The position numbers and the translations under genes are program-made. From a bacterium (lineage in GTDB: Bacteria > Patescibacteriota > Minisyncoccia > UBA6257 > UBA9933), in assembly GCA_021786355.1 (NCBI GenBank), contig JAJYNK010000009.1, positions 517 through 64,516 of the forward strand: a DNA stretch of 64,000 nucleotides, given 5' to 3'. Under the pieces are notes generated by a model that was given only the letters and a program-made list of their open reading frames with translations, did not search any database and was not told the DNA's origin. Of the stretch, positions 16,794-25,956 are shown one piece after another (the first letter of the stretch is position 1; every line of letters starts with the position of its first letter).

Positions 16794-17029
16794 ATTTATT
16801 ACAGTTTCATACGAATTATAAATACACACGGATTGGTGCGTATAAAAAAATAAAATAGTTTGCAAAATTAATTCGGAAATAAATTTTTAGTGGTATAGTA
16901 TACTATACCACTTAACCGTTTTATATCGCATATAAAAATTATTTATTGTAAGAATATTGATTATAGGAAAAATAATAAAAAACACCCCAGTAAATCGGAG
17001 TGTTTTTTTAAATCACTAAATAAATAAAT

Positions 17030-17413
17030 TTATAAGTTTCCGGCAATTCCTCTTATTGCTGCGACTAGCCCTTTAGCAAGCAAGCCAACCGCGACAGATA
17101 CAAGAGCCCAGAGTATATGATTTCTTGCCGCTTTGGTTTTTGCTTCATCTCCGCCGGAAGTTAAAAACTGAAACGCTCCCCAAACAATAAAAACAACCGC
17201 CAAGGCAATTAATAATCCCAATAAATAATTAGCCACTGTATCTAGCGTATCGTACACATTAGAAAGGCCGGTTATGGGGATATTTCCGGGTTGTCCTTGG
17301 CCTGGCGGAGTAAATATCGCGGCAAACGAAAATACCGGCAACGCGAGCGATAAAATCGCTCCTGAATAAATAATACTTTGTAAAACTTTTTTCATTTTTT
17401 TGTATCGTATCAA
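17030..17413 (-). CDS. VirB2/TrbC-like pilin-family protein A (signal peptide, then two hydrophobic helices joined by TSGGD)
   Basis: YLLGLLIALAVVFIVWGAFQFLTSGGDEAKTKAARNHILWALVSVAVGLLAKGLV is the characteristic two-helix hairpin. Confidence 0.5.
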   Translation of the reverse strand: MIRYKKMKKVLQSIIYSGAILSLALPVFSFAAIFTPPGQGQPGNIPITGLSNVYDTLDTVANYLLGLLIALAVVFIVWGAFQFLTSGGDEAKTKAARNHILWALVSVAVGLLAKGLVAAIRGIAGNL

Positions 17414-17442
17414 TTCGACCTCGACCTTTTTCTTTATATTTA

Positions 17443-17853
17443 TTATAACGTTTGTATTATTCCGTACAACGCGCCGATGATTCCTCGCGCGAGTAAAATT
17501 ACTAATAATCCGATTGCGGCGTATAAAACTGTTTTTTGGCCTTCCTGGAATTTTTTAGGGTCGCCTGACGCGGTCATCATTTTCCAAGCGCCGTAGATAA
17601 CTATTATCACAGCCACAGAAACCGAAACGCCGATAAAATAATCGATTATTTTGGAAAGGACGCTATCAAGAGTCGAGCCGGATCCAAAATAATTAAAAAG
17701 CTGGCCGCTCCCGCCGCTAGCAGAAGGACTTGCTCCAGTTGGCTGACCGCCGCTTGTTGTCGGCTGACCTCCGCTTGTTTCGGCTAATTGATAAAAAGCA
17801 AACAAAGGCGCGACTTTAAGCCAATTCAAAATTTTTTTAATGTTTTTTCTCAT
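17443..17853 (-). CDS. VirB2/TrbC-like pilin-family protein B, with a low-complexity TSGGQPTTSGGQPT repeat
   Basis: DYFIGVSVSVAVIIVIYGAWKMMTASGDPKKFQEGQKTVLYAAIGLLVILLARGII has the same architecture as A and C. An imperfect 21-bp tandem repeat in the DNA encodes SGGQPT twice. Confidence 0.5.
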   Translation of the reverse strand: MRKNIKKILNWLKVAPLFAFYQLAETSGGQPTTSGGQPTGASPSASGGSGQLFNYFGSGSTLDSVLSKIIDYFIGVSVSVAVIIVIYGAWKMMTASGDPKKFQEGQKTVLYAAIGLLVILLARGIIGALYGIIQTL

Positions 17854-17994
17854 CCCAGTACTACAACTTCGATTATTTTTGTGTTAATTCTCGAGGTTGT
17901 GATTTATTGATTATTCTTATTTTTATTACCCAATATCAACTTAATTCAGGTTCTCAAAAATTTATAGAGAATGTATCGAAGTTGTAGTACTGGG
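17854..17994. repeat. 20-bp perfect inverted repeat CCCAGTACTACAACTTCGAT (17854-17873) / ATCGAAGTTGTAGTACTGGG (17975-17994) flanking a 101-bp AT-rich segment. The left arm abuts the ATG of pilin gene B.
   Basis: Arms verified base by base. The start codon of B (reverse complement of CAT 17851-17853) is immediately adjacent. Confidence 0.85.
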
Positions 17995-18026
17995 CATTTT
18001 TAAAATTATAAAAAATTTTTAACTGC

Positions 18027-18377
18027 TTAGCAAGGAAATTTATTCCATGGACCTAAACTGCCGCCGACAAGAACTTTCAAAACCAAATCAACTATGAACC
18101 CGGCTAAAAGAAGAATGGCTATGCCGATTAAGATAGTTCTTATTTTTCCAACCGCTTCTTTGTACTTTCCGGGATCTCCGGCAGAAGTCATTATTTTAAA
18201 CCCCGCCCAAACCAAAGCGCCGAGCGCCAAAACAAACGCGAAAACAATGACAAAATTATAAATATTTTGAGCTAACTGGAATAAATCGCAAATAGTACAT
18301 TCGAGCTTAGCCGTTCCCGGACCGCACTGAACTAAAGGGGTCAAAGCCGCATTGGCAATATTAACTAAATTAATCAT
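18027..18377 (-). CDS. VirB2/TrbC-like pilin-family protein C
   Basis: FVIVFAFVLALGALVWAGFKIMTSAGDPGKYKEAVGKIRTILIGIAILLLAGFIV. Confidence 0.5.
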   Translation of the reverse strand: MINLVNIANAALTPLVQCGPGTAKLECTICDLFQLAQNIYNFVIVFAFVLALGALVWAGFKIMTSAGDPGKYKEAVGKIRTILIGIAILLLAGFIVDLVLKVLVGGSLGPWNKFPC

Positions 18378-18388
18378 GGTTTTTCGTT

Positions 18389-18442
18389 GTCATCCCGAGC
18401 GTGGCGAGGGATCTCGAGATTCTTCGCTTCGCTCTGAATGAC
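18389..18442. repeat. Repeated 5'-UTR element D copy 1 (GTCATCCCGAG...AGGGATCTCGAGATTCTTCGCTTCGCTCTGAATGAC)
   Basis: A near-identical copy at 33201-33262 overlaps the holB start codon. Short terminal inverted ends GTCAT/ATGAC. Confidence 0.75.
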
Positions 18443-18476
18443 TCTTTGTTGTTGGTTGTAGGTTGTTAGTTATTGG

Positions 18477-19760
18477 TTATTTAAATAAATTATTTATCTG
18501 CGCGCCGGCTTGGTCAAGCGCTTGCTGGGAATTTGTTTTTCCGTTCAATACTGATTCGACCGCGTTTGAAAAAATCTGACTGGTTTGGTCGGGGTCCGGC
18601 TGATACCAGGAATCAGCAGAAAGTGCTTGGTTTGCGAAAACATTCAAATCCGGATCATTTTGATATTGCTTGATTAAAATTTTTAAAGCCGGCGGGCGTT
18701 TTGTCGCCTGAAGATATGTAAGAGAATTTTGCGGGTCGGTTGTCAGATATTTTATAAAATCCCAGGCAAGATCGGAGTTTAAACTTTTAGAAGAAACCGC
18801 CAGACCCCAATAAGCGGCGTAATTTTTAGGATTCGAAGAATCGACTTGCGGCATAGAAGCAACCGTAAAATTCAAAAGCGGATTTTTTTGTTTGAGATAC
18901 GAAATCTGATTAGCATAACCGAAAATCATCGCGGCCTGCCCCTGACTAAATAAATCAAATGAATTGCCCAGATTCTGATTCCAAACATAGTTACTGCTGG
19001 CTGGCTTGGCAAAACCTGTATAAAAATCAAATGCGTTAGTTGCTTTGCCACTAAAATCGGCTCGCATAAAGGATGGGTCGACCATCAAAGAACCGTATTG
19101 AATCATTAGCGTATTTAAAATATCGGTTCCGTTTACAATATTTTTATCAGAGCTGCCGATAGCGGCGCCTGCTTGAAAAATCTGGCCGTTGGCTTGTTTT
19201 TTTGTAAGCCGTGTCGCCAAATTCGTAAAATCACTCCAATTATCGGGCGGAAAAACAACGGCATTGGCATTAAAAATATCTTTGTTGTAAAAAAGAGCGA
19301 GCGAGTCGAGGTAAAGCGGCGAACCATAAACTCTGCCCTGATAAGTAAAATCTTTTTCAACAACCTGCGGAAAAAGTTGGCGAATATTTGCCAAAGAAAT
19401 TTGAGCGTCAGCGGCTGGCATTAGAAGATCGCCTTGCTTTAAAAGCCAGGAGTTATGGAACATCAAAATATCCGGACCCTGATTTTTCGCCATCGCTCGA
19501 ACAAATTCATTTTCAAAATCCGCTTCGGGAATTTGTTGGTATTGAATTTGAACTTTGCGGTCGTAAAGCTTGCTATAGTTGTCTATAGTGGCCTGAAAAG
19601 CGGAAACATTATCAACTCCCCAGAAAACCAGTTTTCCCGACACGGAAGTTTTGGAGCAATTTTTGGTTATAGGGATAACGCAAAAAATACTTAAGACAAC
19701 TAAAATAAGAACAATTATTCCGACCCCGAATAAAACTATTTTTGAGCGATTATTATACAC
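18477..19760 (-). CDS. Extracellular solute-binding protein (ABC-type family 1, sugar-binding-like) with an N-terminal membrane anchor; no adjacent permease or ATPase
   Basis: About 427 aa with an N-terminal TM segment and typical SBP length and composition (..WGVDNVSAFQATIDNYSKLY..). Confidence 0.65.
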   Translation of the reverse strand: MYNNRSKIVLFGVGIIVLILVVLSIFCVIPITKNCSKTSVSGKLVFWGVDNVSAFQATIDNYSKLYDRKVQIQYQQIPEADFENEFVRAMAKNQGPDILMFHNSWLLKQGDLLMPAADAQISLANIRQLFPQVVEKDFTYQGRVYGSPLYLDSLALFYNKDIFNANAVVFPPDNWSDFTNLATRLTKKQANGQIFQAGAAIGSSDKNIVNGTDILNTLMIQYGSLMVDPSFMRADFSGKATNAFDFYTGFAKPASSNYVWNQNLGNSFDLFSQGQAAMIFGYANQISYLKQKNPLLNFTVASMPQVDSSNPKNYAAYWGLAVSSKSLNSDLAWDFIKYLTTDPQNSLTYLQATKRPPALKILIKQYQNDPDLNVFANQALSADSWYQPDPDQTSQIFSNAVESVLNGKTNSQQALDQAGAQINNLFK

Positions 19761-19770
19761 GAGTTAATTT

Positions 19771-22257
19771 TTATAGCGTAACCGCGCCAGCCAATTTGTC
19801 TCCTCCTTTTAACGTCATTATTTTTACTCCGGAGGTGGCGCGTCCCGCAGTCCGCACGCTTTTCAAGGTCGTTTTAATAATTTGTCCTTTTGTCGAAAGC
19901 GCCAAAAGCTCGGCTTCTTCAAAAATCACTTGCGCGCTGACTATTCTCCCAGTCTTGGAATTAATCTTAGCGGTTTTTATCCCTTGGCCGCTTCGCTTTT
20001 GAACTTTGTATTGCCCAAGTGAAGTTTGTTTGGCAAAACCATTTTCCGTAACAACCAAAACTTTCAGCTTGGAAAGTTTTTCCTTCGACTCTGTATTTAT
20101 TATATCAAGTCCAACGACAAAATCATCCTTTCTTAATTTTATCGCTTTAACGCCGGTGGCAATTCTCGACATCGCCCGAAGCTGGCTTTCTTTGAATCTT
20201 ATCGATTGTCCCAGAGCGGTTACGATTAAAACTTCGTCTTTGCCCGAAGACGATTTAACCCAATGAAGCACGTCGCCTTTCTGCAAATTAATACCGATGA
20301 TTCCGGTGCGTCTGATATTGGTAAAATCCTCAAGCGGAGTTTTTTTAATGACTCCATATTTAGTAGCCATTACCAAAAATTGTCCTTCCTGGCCTTTGCT
20401 TTTAGCGGGATAACTGACTATGGCGCTGACTTTTTCTTCGGGCGGAATTTCCAAAAAGTTTTGGATGACTTTGCCTTTGGCTTGCCGCGACGCCGCTGGG
20501 ATTTCATAAACCTTCGTTTGAAACACTCTTCCTTTTTCCGTAAAAAACAAAATATTGTCGTGGCTATTGGCCGCGATAAAATGCGAAATTAAATCCTCTT
20601 CTCCGACTTCAGAACCAATCAGACCTTTGCCGCCTCTTTGCTGGCTTCTAAAAACATCGGGATTTCCTCTTTTTATGTAGCCGTTTTGGGAAAGAGTGAT
20701 AACAACTTCTTCTTCGGTGATCAAATCTTCTTCTTTAAATTCCGTGAGGCCGCCTGCGACAATTTTAGTGCGCCTTTCGTCGCCGTAATTTTTTTTGATT
20801 TCCGAAAGTTCGTCTTTTATGACTTTTAAAATTTTCTGCGGACTATGTAAAAGAGCTTCCAATTCGCTTATTAACTTTTTCTTTTCTTTAAGCTCATCTT
20901 CTATTTTCTGCCTTTCCAGCGCCGCCAAAGTCGAAAGTTTCATTTCTAAAATCGCTTCGGCTTGAATTTCGGTAAGCTTGAAACGGGAAACCAAATTTTT
21001 GCGCGCTTCTTCTTTATCCTTTGATTTCTTAATCGTCTCGATGACTTTATCTATAACCGAAAGCGCTTTCGCAAGACCCTCTAAAATATGCGCCCGCTCT
21101 TTGGCTTTGCGAAGTTCAAACTCGGCTCTTCGGCGAACAACTTCTTTTCTGTGTTCGATATACTGGGCTAAAAATTCTTTCAGCGAAAGAAGCTGGGGCT
21201 GAAGTCCGCCAACCAAAGCGATTGTGTTCAAATTAAAATTCTTTTGAAGGTCCGTGTGCTTATAAAGCTGGTTTAATATTTTTTGCGCGGGCACATCGTT
21301 TTTAAGCTCAACGACAATTCTTAGTCCGTCGCGATCGCTTTCGTCGCGCAAATCTTTTATGCCTTGAATTTTTTTGTCGGTAACAAGGCCGGCCATTTTT
21401 ATCAGAAGCTCGGACTTGTTAACTTGATAGGGGATTTCGGTGATTATTATATTGAAATTATCCTTTTTTCTTTCTTCAATTTCCGCCACCGCCCTAACTG
21501 GTATGGAACCGCGGCCGGTAGAATACGCCTCGGCTATGGATTTTTTATCGTAAATAATGCCGCCGGTCGGAAAATCAGGACCTTGAACAAACTTCAGCAA
21601 GTCCTCGGTTGTGGCTTTGGGCGAATCAATCAAATGAAGAGTAGCGTCAATAACTTCGGAAAGATTGTGCGGGGGAATGCTGGTCGCCATACCTACCGCG
21701 ATACCCGAAGAACCGTTTAAAAGAAGGTGGGGGAGCTTAGAGGGAAGCACCGACGGTTCTTTTGTGGTGCCGTCATAATTGTCCAGCCAATTAACCGTAT
21801 CCTTTTCTATATCAATAAGAAGCTCTTCGGCTATTTTTGATAAACGGCACTCAGTGTATCTGTAAGCAGCCGCTGAATCTCCGTCCTGGCTGCCGAAATT
21901 GCCTTGGCCGTCAATTAAAGGATAACGAAGAGAAAAGTCCTGGGCCATTCTAACCAACGCGTCGTACACGGAAATATCGCCGTGCGGGTGATAGCTTTTT
22001 AACGTATCTCCGATAACCGAGGCGGATTTCCTATATTTGGCGCTCGCTCTTAGTCCGCTTTCCCACATTGCCCAAAGAATTCTTCGCTGAACCGGCTTTA
22101 AGCCGTCTCTGACATCCGGCAAAGCTCGCGAAACAATAACCGACATCGCGTAATCAAGATATGACTCTTGAAGCTCGTCGGATATTTCTCGCTTTTCAAT
22201 TCCTGAGCCGACGCGAGAACTGCTTTGATTATTTTCCGGTAATTTATCTTTTTTCAT
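19771..22257 (-). CDS. gyrA: DNA gyrase subunit A
   Basis: Contains [14 protein letters not shown] and the active-site region [11 protein letters not shown]. The C-terminal GyrA box QRGGKG is present. Confidence 0.9.
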   Translation of the reverse strand: MKKDKLPENNQSSSRVGSGIEKREISDELQESYLDYAMSVIVSRALPDVRDGLKPVQRRILWAMWESGLRASAKYRKSASVIGDTLKSYHPHGDISVYDALVRMAQDFSLRYPLIDGQGNFGSQDGDSAAAYRYTECRLSKIAEELLIDIEKDTVNWLDNYDGTTKEPSVLPSKLPHLLLNGSSGIAVGMATSIPPHNLSEVIDATLHLIDSPKATTEDLLKFVQGPDFPTGGIIYDKKSIAEAYSTGRGSIPVRAVAEIEERKKDNFNIIITEIPYQVNKSELLIKMAGLVTDKKIQGIKDLRDESDRDGLRIVVELKNDVPAQKILNQLYKHTDLQKNFNLNTIALVGGLQPQLLSLKEFLAQYIEHRKEVVRRRAEFELRKAKERAHILEGLAKALSVIDKVIETIKKSKDKEEARKNLVSRFKLTEIQAEAILEMKLSTLAALERQKIEDELKEKKKLISELEALLHSPQKILKVIKDELSEIKKNYGDERRTKIVAGGLTEFKEEDLITEEEVVITLSQNGYIKRGNPDVFRSQQRGGKGLIGSEVGEEDLISHFIAANSHDNILFFTEKGRVFQTKVYEIPAASRQAKGKVIQNFLEIPPEEKVSAIVSYPAKSKGQEGQFLVMATKYGVIKKTPLEDFTNIRRTGIIGINLQKGDVLHWVKSSSGKDEVLIVTALGQSIRFKESQLRAMSRIATGVKAIKLRKDDFVVGLDIINTESKEKLSKLKVLVVTENGFAKQTSLGQYKVQKRSGQGIKTAKINSKTGRIVSAQVIFEEAELLALSTKGQIIKTTLKSVRTAGRATSGVKIMTLKGGDKLAGAVTL

Positions 22258-22267
22258 ACGCTTTGCT

Positions 22268-22576
22268 TTACTGATTTTGTATATTTATAATTCTTTCGCC
22301 GCCGATTTTTGGTATTTTTGAATATAAATCGGAAGTTAATTCGCTAAATTTATATTTAATTGATTGGCCGATAACTGCCGCGCCGTTTTTAAAAACCGGC
22401 CAAAACGAAGTTTCGCGAGTTTCGTCCGCTTTGGAAGTCCCCACTTCTTTAATATAGGAACTCATATACCAAATCCAAAAAAAAATAACAATAATCATTG
22501 AAACCGCGCTTAAAAAAATAATCGCTTTTTTCTTTTTTTCTTCATTGGAATGCCTTATTTTACTTAACCAACTCAT
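22268..22576 (-). CDS. Small membrane protein (hypothetical)
   Basis: One TM segment ([21 protein letters not shown]). No recognisable family. Confidence 0.35.
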   Translation of the reverse strand: MSWLSKIRHSNEEKKKKAIIFLSAVSMIIVIFFWIWYMSSYIKEVGTSKADETRETSFWPVFKNGAAVIGQSIKYKFSELTSDLYSKIPKIGGERIINIQNQ

Positions 22577-22585
22577 AAATCATTG

Positions 22586-23212
22586 CTAAATCGTCAATAC
22601 TACGACTTTTGTAGGCTTAATTTCCTCGATGTCTTTTTTCTTTATAACCAGCTTGTCCGTTTTTTCAACTTTCGCGGTATCTATTTCTTCCAAAAACTTT
22701 TTAATGTCGTCCGCCTTCCTTTTTAATCCGGGAACCTTATAAAAGGCGGGGATAACTATTTTCGGCTGAATCTGCTTTATCAATTTAACTGCGGTTTTTT
22801 GATCCAAAAACGGCTCGCCTCCCGCAGGCACAACCAAAATATCGATTCCGTTTAACCCTTCCATTATTTCCGGGGAAAGCGCTTGGGAAATATGCCCCAA
22901 AAAACAAAAATTTATCCCTTCCATTTCTGCCCAATAAATGGTTTTTAAAAATTTTTCAGATGATTCTTCCGCGACAAAAAAACCCTTAACGTTTACGCCG
23001 TTAAAATCATATTCTCCGGCTCCTAAAACTTCCGCGGCAGCTTCCTTGTCGGAATTATAAGACAAAGGAAAGGCGGTTAAAGTTTTTAAAACCGCGTCGT
23101 ATTTAAAACGCGGAGCTGTCAAACCGCTAGAGGACTCAATCGGATCTATTAAAATAACTTGGTCGCCGGATTGCAATTTTAAGCATCCTTCGCCGTAATA
23201 AGAAATAACCAT
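22586..23212 (-). CDS. MBL-fold (Lactamase_B_3-like) metal-dependent hydrolase family protein
   Basis: About 200 aa. The N-terminal pattern MVISYYGEGCLKLQSGDQVILIDP is typical of this family. Confidence 0.5.
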   Translation of the reverse strand: MVISYYGEGCLKLQSGDQVILIDPIESSSGLTAPRFKYDAVLKTLTAFPLSYNSDKEAAAEVLGAGEYDFNGVNVKGFFVAEESSEKFLKTIYWAEMEGINFCFLGHISQALSPEIMEGLNGIDILVVPAGGEPFLDQKTAVKLIKQIQPKIVIPAFYKVPGLKRKADDIKKFLEEIDTAKVEKTDKLVIKKKDIEEIKPTKVVVLTI

Positions 23213-23361
23213 AACAAAAGAATATCGCGTAGCCTTTAGGCGAAGCCTATATCGCGCCGAAGGCGCATTTATCCATAAATATCAGGAGGATACTTATAGA
23301 TATAGTTGATATTTGCTCGCTGACGCTCGCGATACTATAATTCACTATACCAGAGAAGCCC

Positions 23362-24519
23362 TTGCTTTTCAATTCCTTTTTGATTACAATTTTTCTCTAT
23401 ACTATATATATGACCGAAACTACAACGTTGCAAAACGATAAACAACTATCGGCAATGAACCAGCTTGCCAAAGCAGCCCCTAACATACTGAGCTTTTTAA
23501 AGCAGGGCGACCTGATAGAAGCCAAACTTTTGGCCCGGACACCGAAAGCGGTTCATTTTGATTTAGGCAAATACGGAACCGGCATCGTATACGGAATCGA
23601 ACTTTTAAACGCCAAAACCATAATTAAAAATCTTAAAGTTGGCGATCCGGTTAACGCCAAAATATCCGAAATAGAAAACAGCGATGGCTTTGTGGAACTG
23701 TCTTTGGCAAACGCCCATCATCAAAAAAATTGGCAGGAACTGGAGGATTTAAAGGAAAAAAACGAGCCCATCGCAATAAAAATAACCGGCGCCAACAGCG
23801 GCGGACTGGTGGCGGAACTTTTGGGAATCAAAGCGTTTTTGCCGGTTTCCCATCTTTCGTCCGAACATTACCCGCGGGTGGAAAAAGCGGACAAAGGCAA
23901 AATTTTGTCTGAATTAAAAAAATTATTGGGCCAGGAATTAAACGTTAAAATAATCGACCTGAACCATCGAACCAATAAATTAATAATATCCGAGAGGGAG
24001 GCGGTTGAAGGAAGCGCCAAAGACTTAATAGCTAAATATAAGGTGGGCGACGTTATTAACGGAATAATTACCGGCATCGCCGATTTCGGAGCTTTTGTCC
24101 GGTTCGCCGACAACCCGGCTATTGAAGGGTTGATACACGTTAGCGAACTTGACTGGCGACTAATAGACAATCCCAAAGAAATAGTCCAAATAAATGAAGC
24201 TGTTGCCGCGAAAATAATAGAAATAAAAGAAGACCGGGTTTTCCTTTCTTTGAAAGCGCTAAAAACCAATCCATGGGAAGAAGCCGCCGGCAAACTTAAA
24301 GAAGGTCAGGAGATTACGGGCGCTGTCCATAAATTCAATCCGTTCGGCGCTTATGTGGATTTAGAAGACGGCTTATGGGGACTGATACACGTTTCGGAAT
24401 TCGAATCGCTCGAAAAAATGAGAGACGAACTTGAAATCGGAAAAAAATACAACTTTATAATCGAATCCATAAAATCGGACGAAAAAAGAATCGTTCTGAA
24501 ACTAAAAAAAGAAGAGTAA
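23362..24519 (+). CDS. rpsA: 30S ribosomal protein S1-like (multiple S1 domains)
   Basis: Four S1-like repeats (GDLIEAKLL.., GDPVNAKISEI.., GDVINGIITGIADFGAFV.., EITGAVHKFNPFGAYV). Confidence 0.75.
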   Translation: MLFNSFLITIFLYTIYMTETTTLQNDKQLSAMNQLAKAAPNILSFLKQGDLIEAKLLARTPKAVHFDLGKYGTGIVYGIELLNAKTIIKNLKVGDPVNAKISEIENSDGFVELSLANAHHQKNWQELEDLKEKNEPIAIKITGANSGGLVAELLGIKAFLPVSHLSSEHYPRVEKADKGKILSELKKLLGQELNVKIIDLNHRTNKLIISEREAVEGSAKDLIAKYKVGDVINGIITGIADFGAFVRFADNPAIEGLIHVSELDWRLIDNPKEIVQINEAVAAKIIEIKEDRVFLSLKALKTNPWEEAAGKLKEGQEITGAVHKFNPFGAYVDLEDGLWGLIHVSEFESLEKMRDELEIGKKYNFIIESIKSDEKRIVLKLKKEE

Positions 24520-24525
24520 ATAAAA

Positions 24526-24552
24526 ACGGTCGCCTAAGGCGACCGTTTTTGT
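24526..24552 (+). terminator. Rho-independent terminator ACGGTCGCC-TAA-GGCGACCGT followed by T5
   Basis: Directly downstream of the S1 gene. Confidence 0.8.
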
Positions 24553-24587
24553 GTTGGAATTATAAATATAAAGTTGTAAAATAGTTA

Positions 24588-25949
24588 TTGATGAAATTAA
24601 CTTTTTGCGGCGGGGCCGGTGAAGTAACTGGCGCCAATTATTTATTGGAAAGCGAAGGCGCGAAAGTTTTGATTGACTGCGGGCTTATTCAAGGCGGAAC
24701 TTTTTGCGATCCAAAAAATTTCGAGGACTTTCCTTACGACCCGAAAACCATCGACGCGGTTTTTGTTACGCACGCGCATATCGACCACACCGGCCGGTTG
24801 CCGCTTTTGTATAAAAGAAATTTTAAAGGAACTATTTATTCTACGCCGCCGACAAAAGATTTTGCCGAACATCTCCTGATAGACTCGGAGGGTATTTTAA
24901 GAAAAGAATTTTTGAGAGAGAAAAAACCTCCGCTTTATTCCCTTTCCGATATAAACGAAACATTGAAGCTTTGGAAAAAAATCAGTTATCACGAAACTCT
25001 TCGCGTCAAAAATTTGATAATCGAATTTTTCGACGCCGGCCATATTTTGGGCTCTTCTTTTATTTCCATAACTTCCGACAGCGGAAAAAAAATCGTTTTT
25101 TCCGGAGATCTGGGAAACTACTCGGCGCCGATGATTAAGGACACGGAGCCAATACCGGCCGCCGATTACGTATTGATTGAATCCACTTACGGCAACCGCT
25201 TGCACGGAGATTTTTCAAAAAGAAAAGATGAACTGGAAGACGCCATTGAAGAAACGGTAAAAAATAACGGCGTGCTGTTAATTCCGGCTTTTGCGATGGA
25301 AAGAACGCAAGAACTTTTATATGAATTGAACGATCTGGTCGAAAAAGGGAAAATTCCGAGAGTGCCGATTTTTATAGACAGCCCGCTGGCCATAAGACTG
25401 ACTGATGTTTATAAAAAATTCTCCCAAAATCCCCTTTATTTCGATACCGAAGCCATTAGCCGGCTTCAAGGGGGCGACGCTATTTTCGATTTTCCGGGGC
25501 TAAGAACATCGCTAACCGTCGAACAATCCAAAGAAATCAATTTCATAAAACCGCCGAAAATAATAATTGCCGGCTCGGGAATGAGTAACGGCGGAAGAAT
25601 AATTTTTCACGAACAGCTTTATTTGTCAGATCCCAGAAACGCGATTTTGTTTATCGGCTACCAAGGCAAAGGAACTTTGGGAAGAAGCATCCAAGACGGC
25701 GCCAAGAAAGCAAAAATTTTCGGACAAAGCGTGGATGTAAATTGCAAAATAAAAGAAATAAGCGCTTACTCGGCGCACGCCGACCAGGCAAAACTTTTGG
25801 GGTGGATAAAACCGATCCGCGAATCTATACAAAAAGTTTTCATCGTACAGGGCGAAGAAGAAGAAATGATTCCTCTTGCCAATAAAATAAAAAACGAGAT
25901 GACGATCGACACATTAATCCCCAAAGAAGGAGAGTCTGTTGTGTTATAA
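24588..25949 (+). CDS. MBL-fold beta-CASP family RNA-metabolising hydrolase (RNase J/CPSF-like)
   Basis: VTHAHIDHTGRLPLL motif 2 plus a downstream beta-CASP-like region. 453 aa. Confidence 0.7.
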   Translation: MMKLTFCGGAGEVTGANYLLESEGAKVLIDCGLIQGGTFCDPKNFEDFPYDPKTIDAVFVTHAHIDHTGRLPLLYKRNFKGTIYSTPPTKDFAEHLLIDSEGILRKEFLREKKPPLYSLSDINETLKLWKKISYHETLRVKNLIIEFFDAGHILGSSFISITSDSGKKIVFSGDLGNYSAPMIKDTEPIPAADYVLIESTYGNRLHGDFSKRKDELEDAIEETVKNNGVLLIPAFAMERTQELLYELNDLVEKGKIPRVPIFIDSPLAIRLTDVYKKFSQNPLYFDTEAISRLQGGDAIFDFPGLRTSLTVEQSKEINFIKPPKIIIAGSGMSNGGRIIFHEQLYLSDPRNAILFIGYQGKGTLGRSIQDGAKKAKIFGQSVDVNCKIKEISAYSAHADQAKLLGWIKPIRESIQKVFIVQGEEEEMIPLANKIKNEMTIDTLIPKEGESVVL

Positions 25950-25956
25950 TTAAATA

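Noticed and set aside
16612-16800. Three consecutive hairpins resembling a short repeat-spacer array
   Set aside because: The units are not identical direct repeats separated by unique spacers. Each is its own palindrome with different arms, so this is not a CRISPR array.
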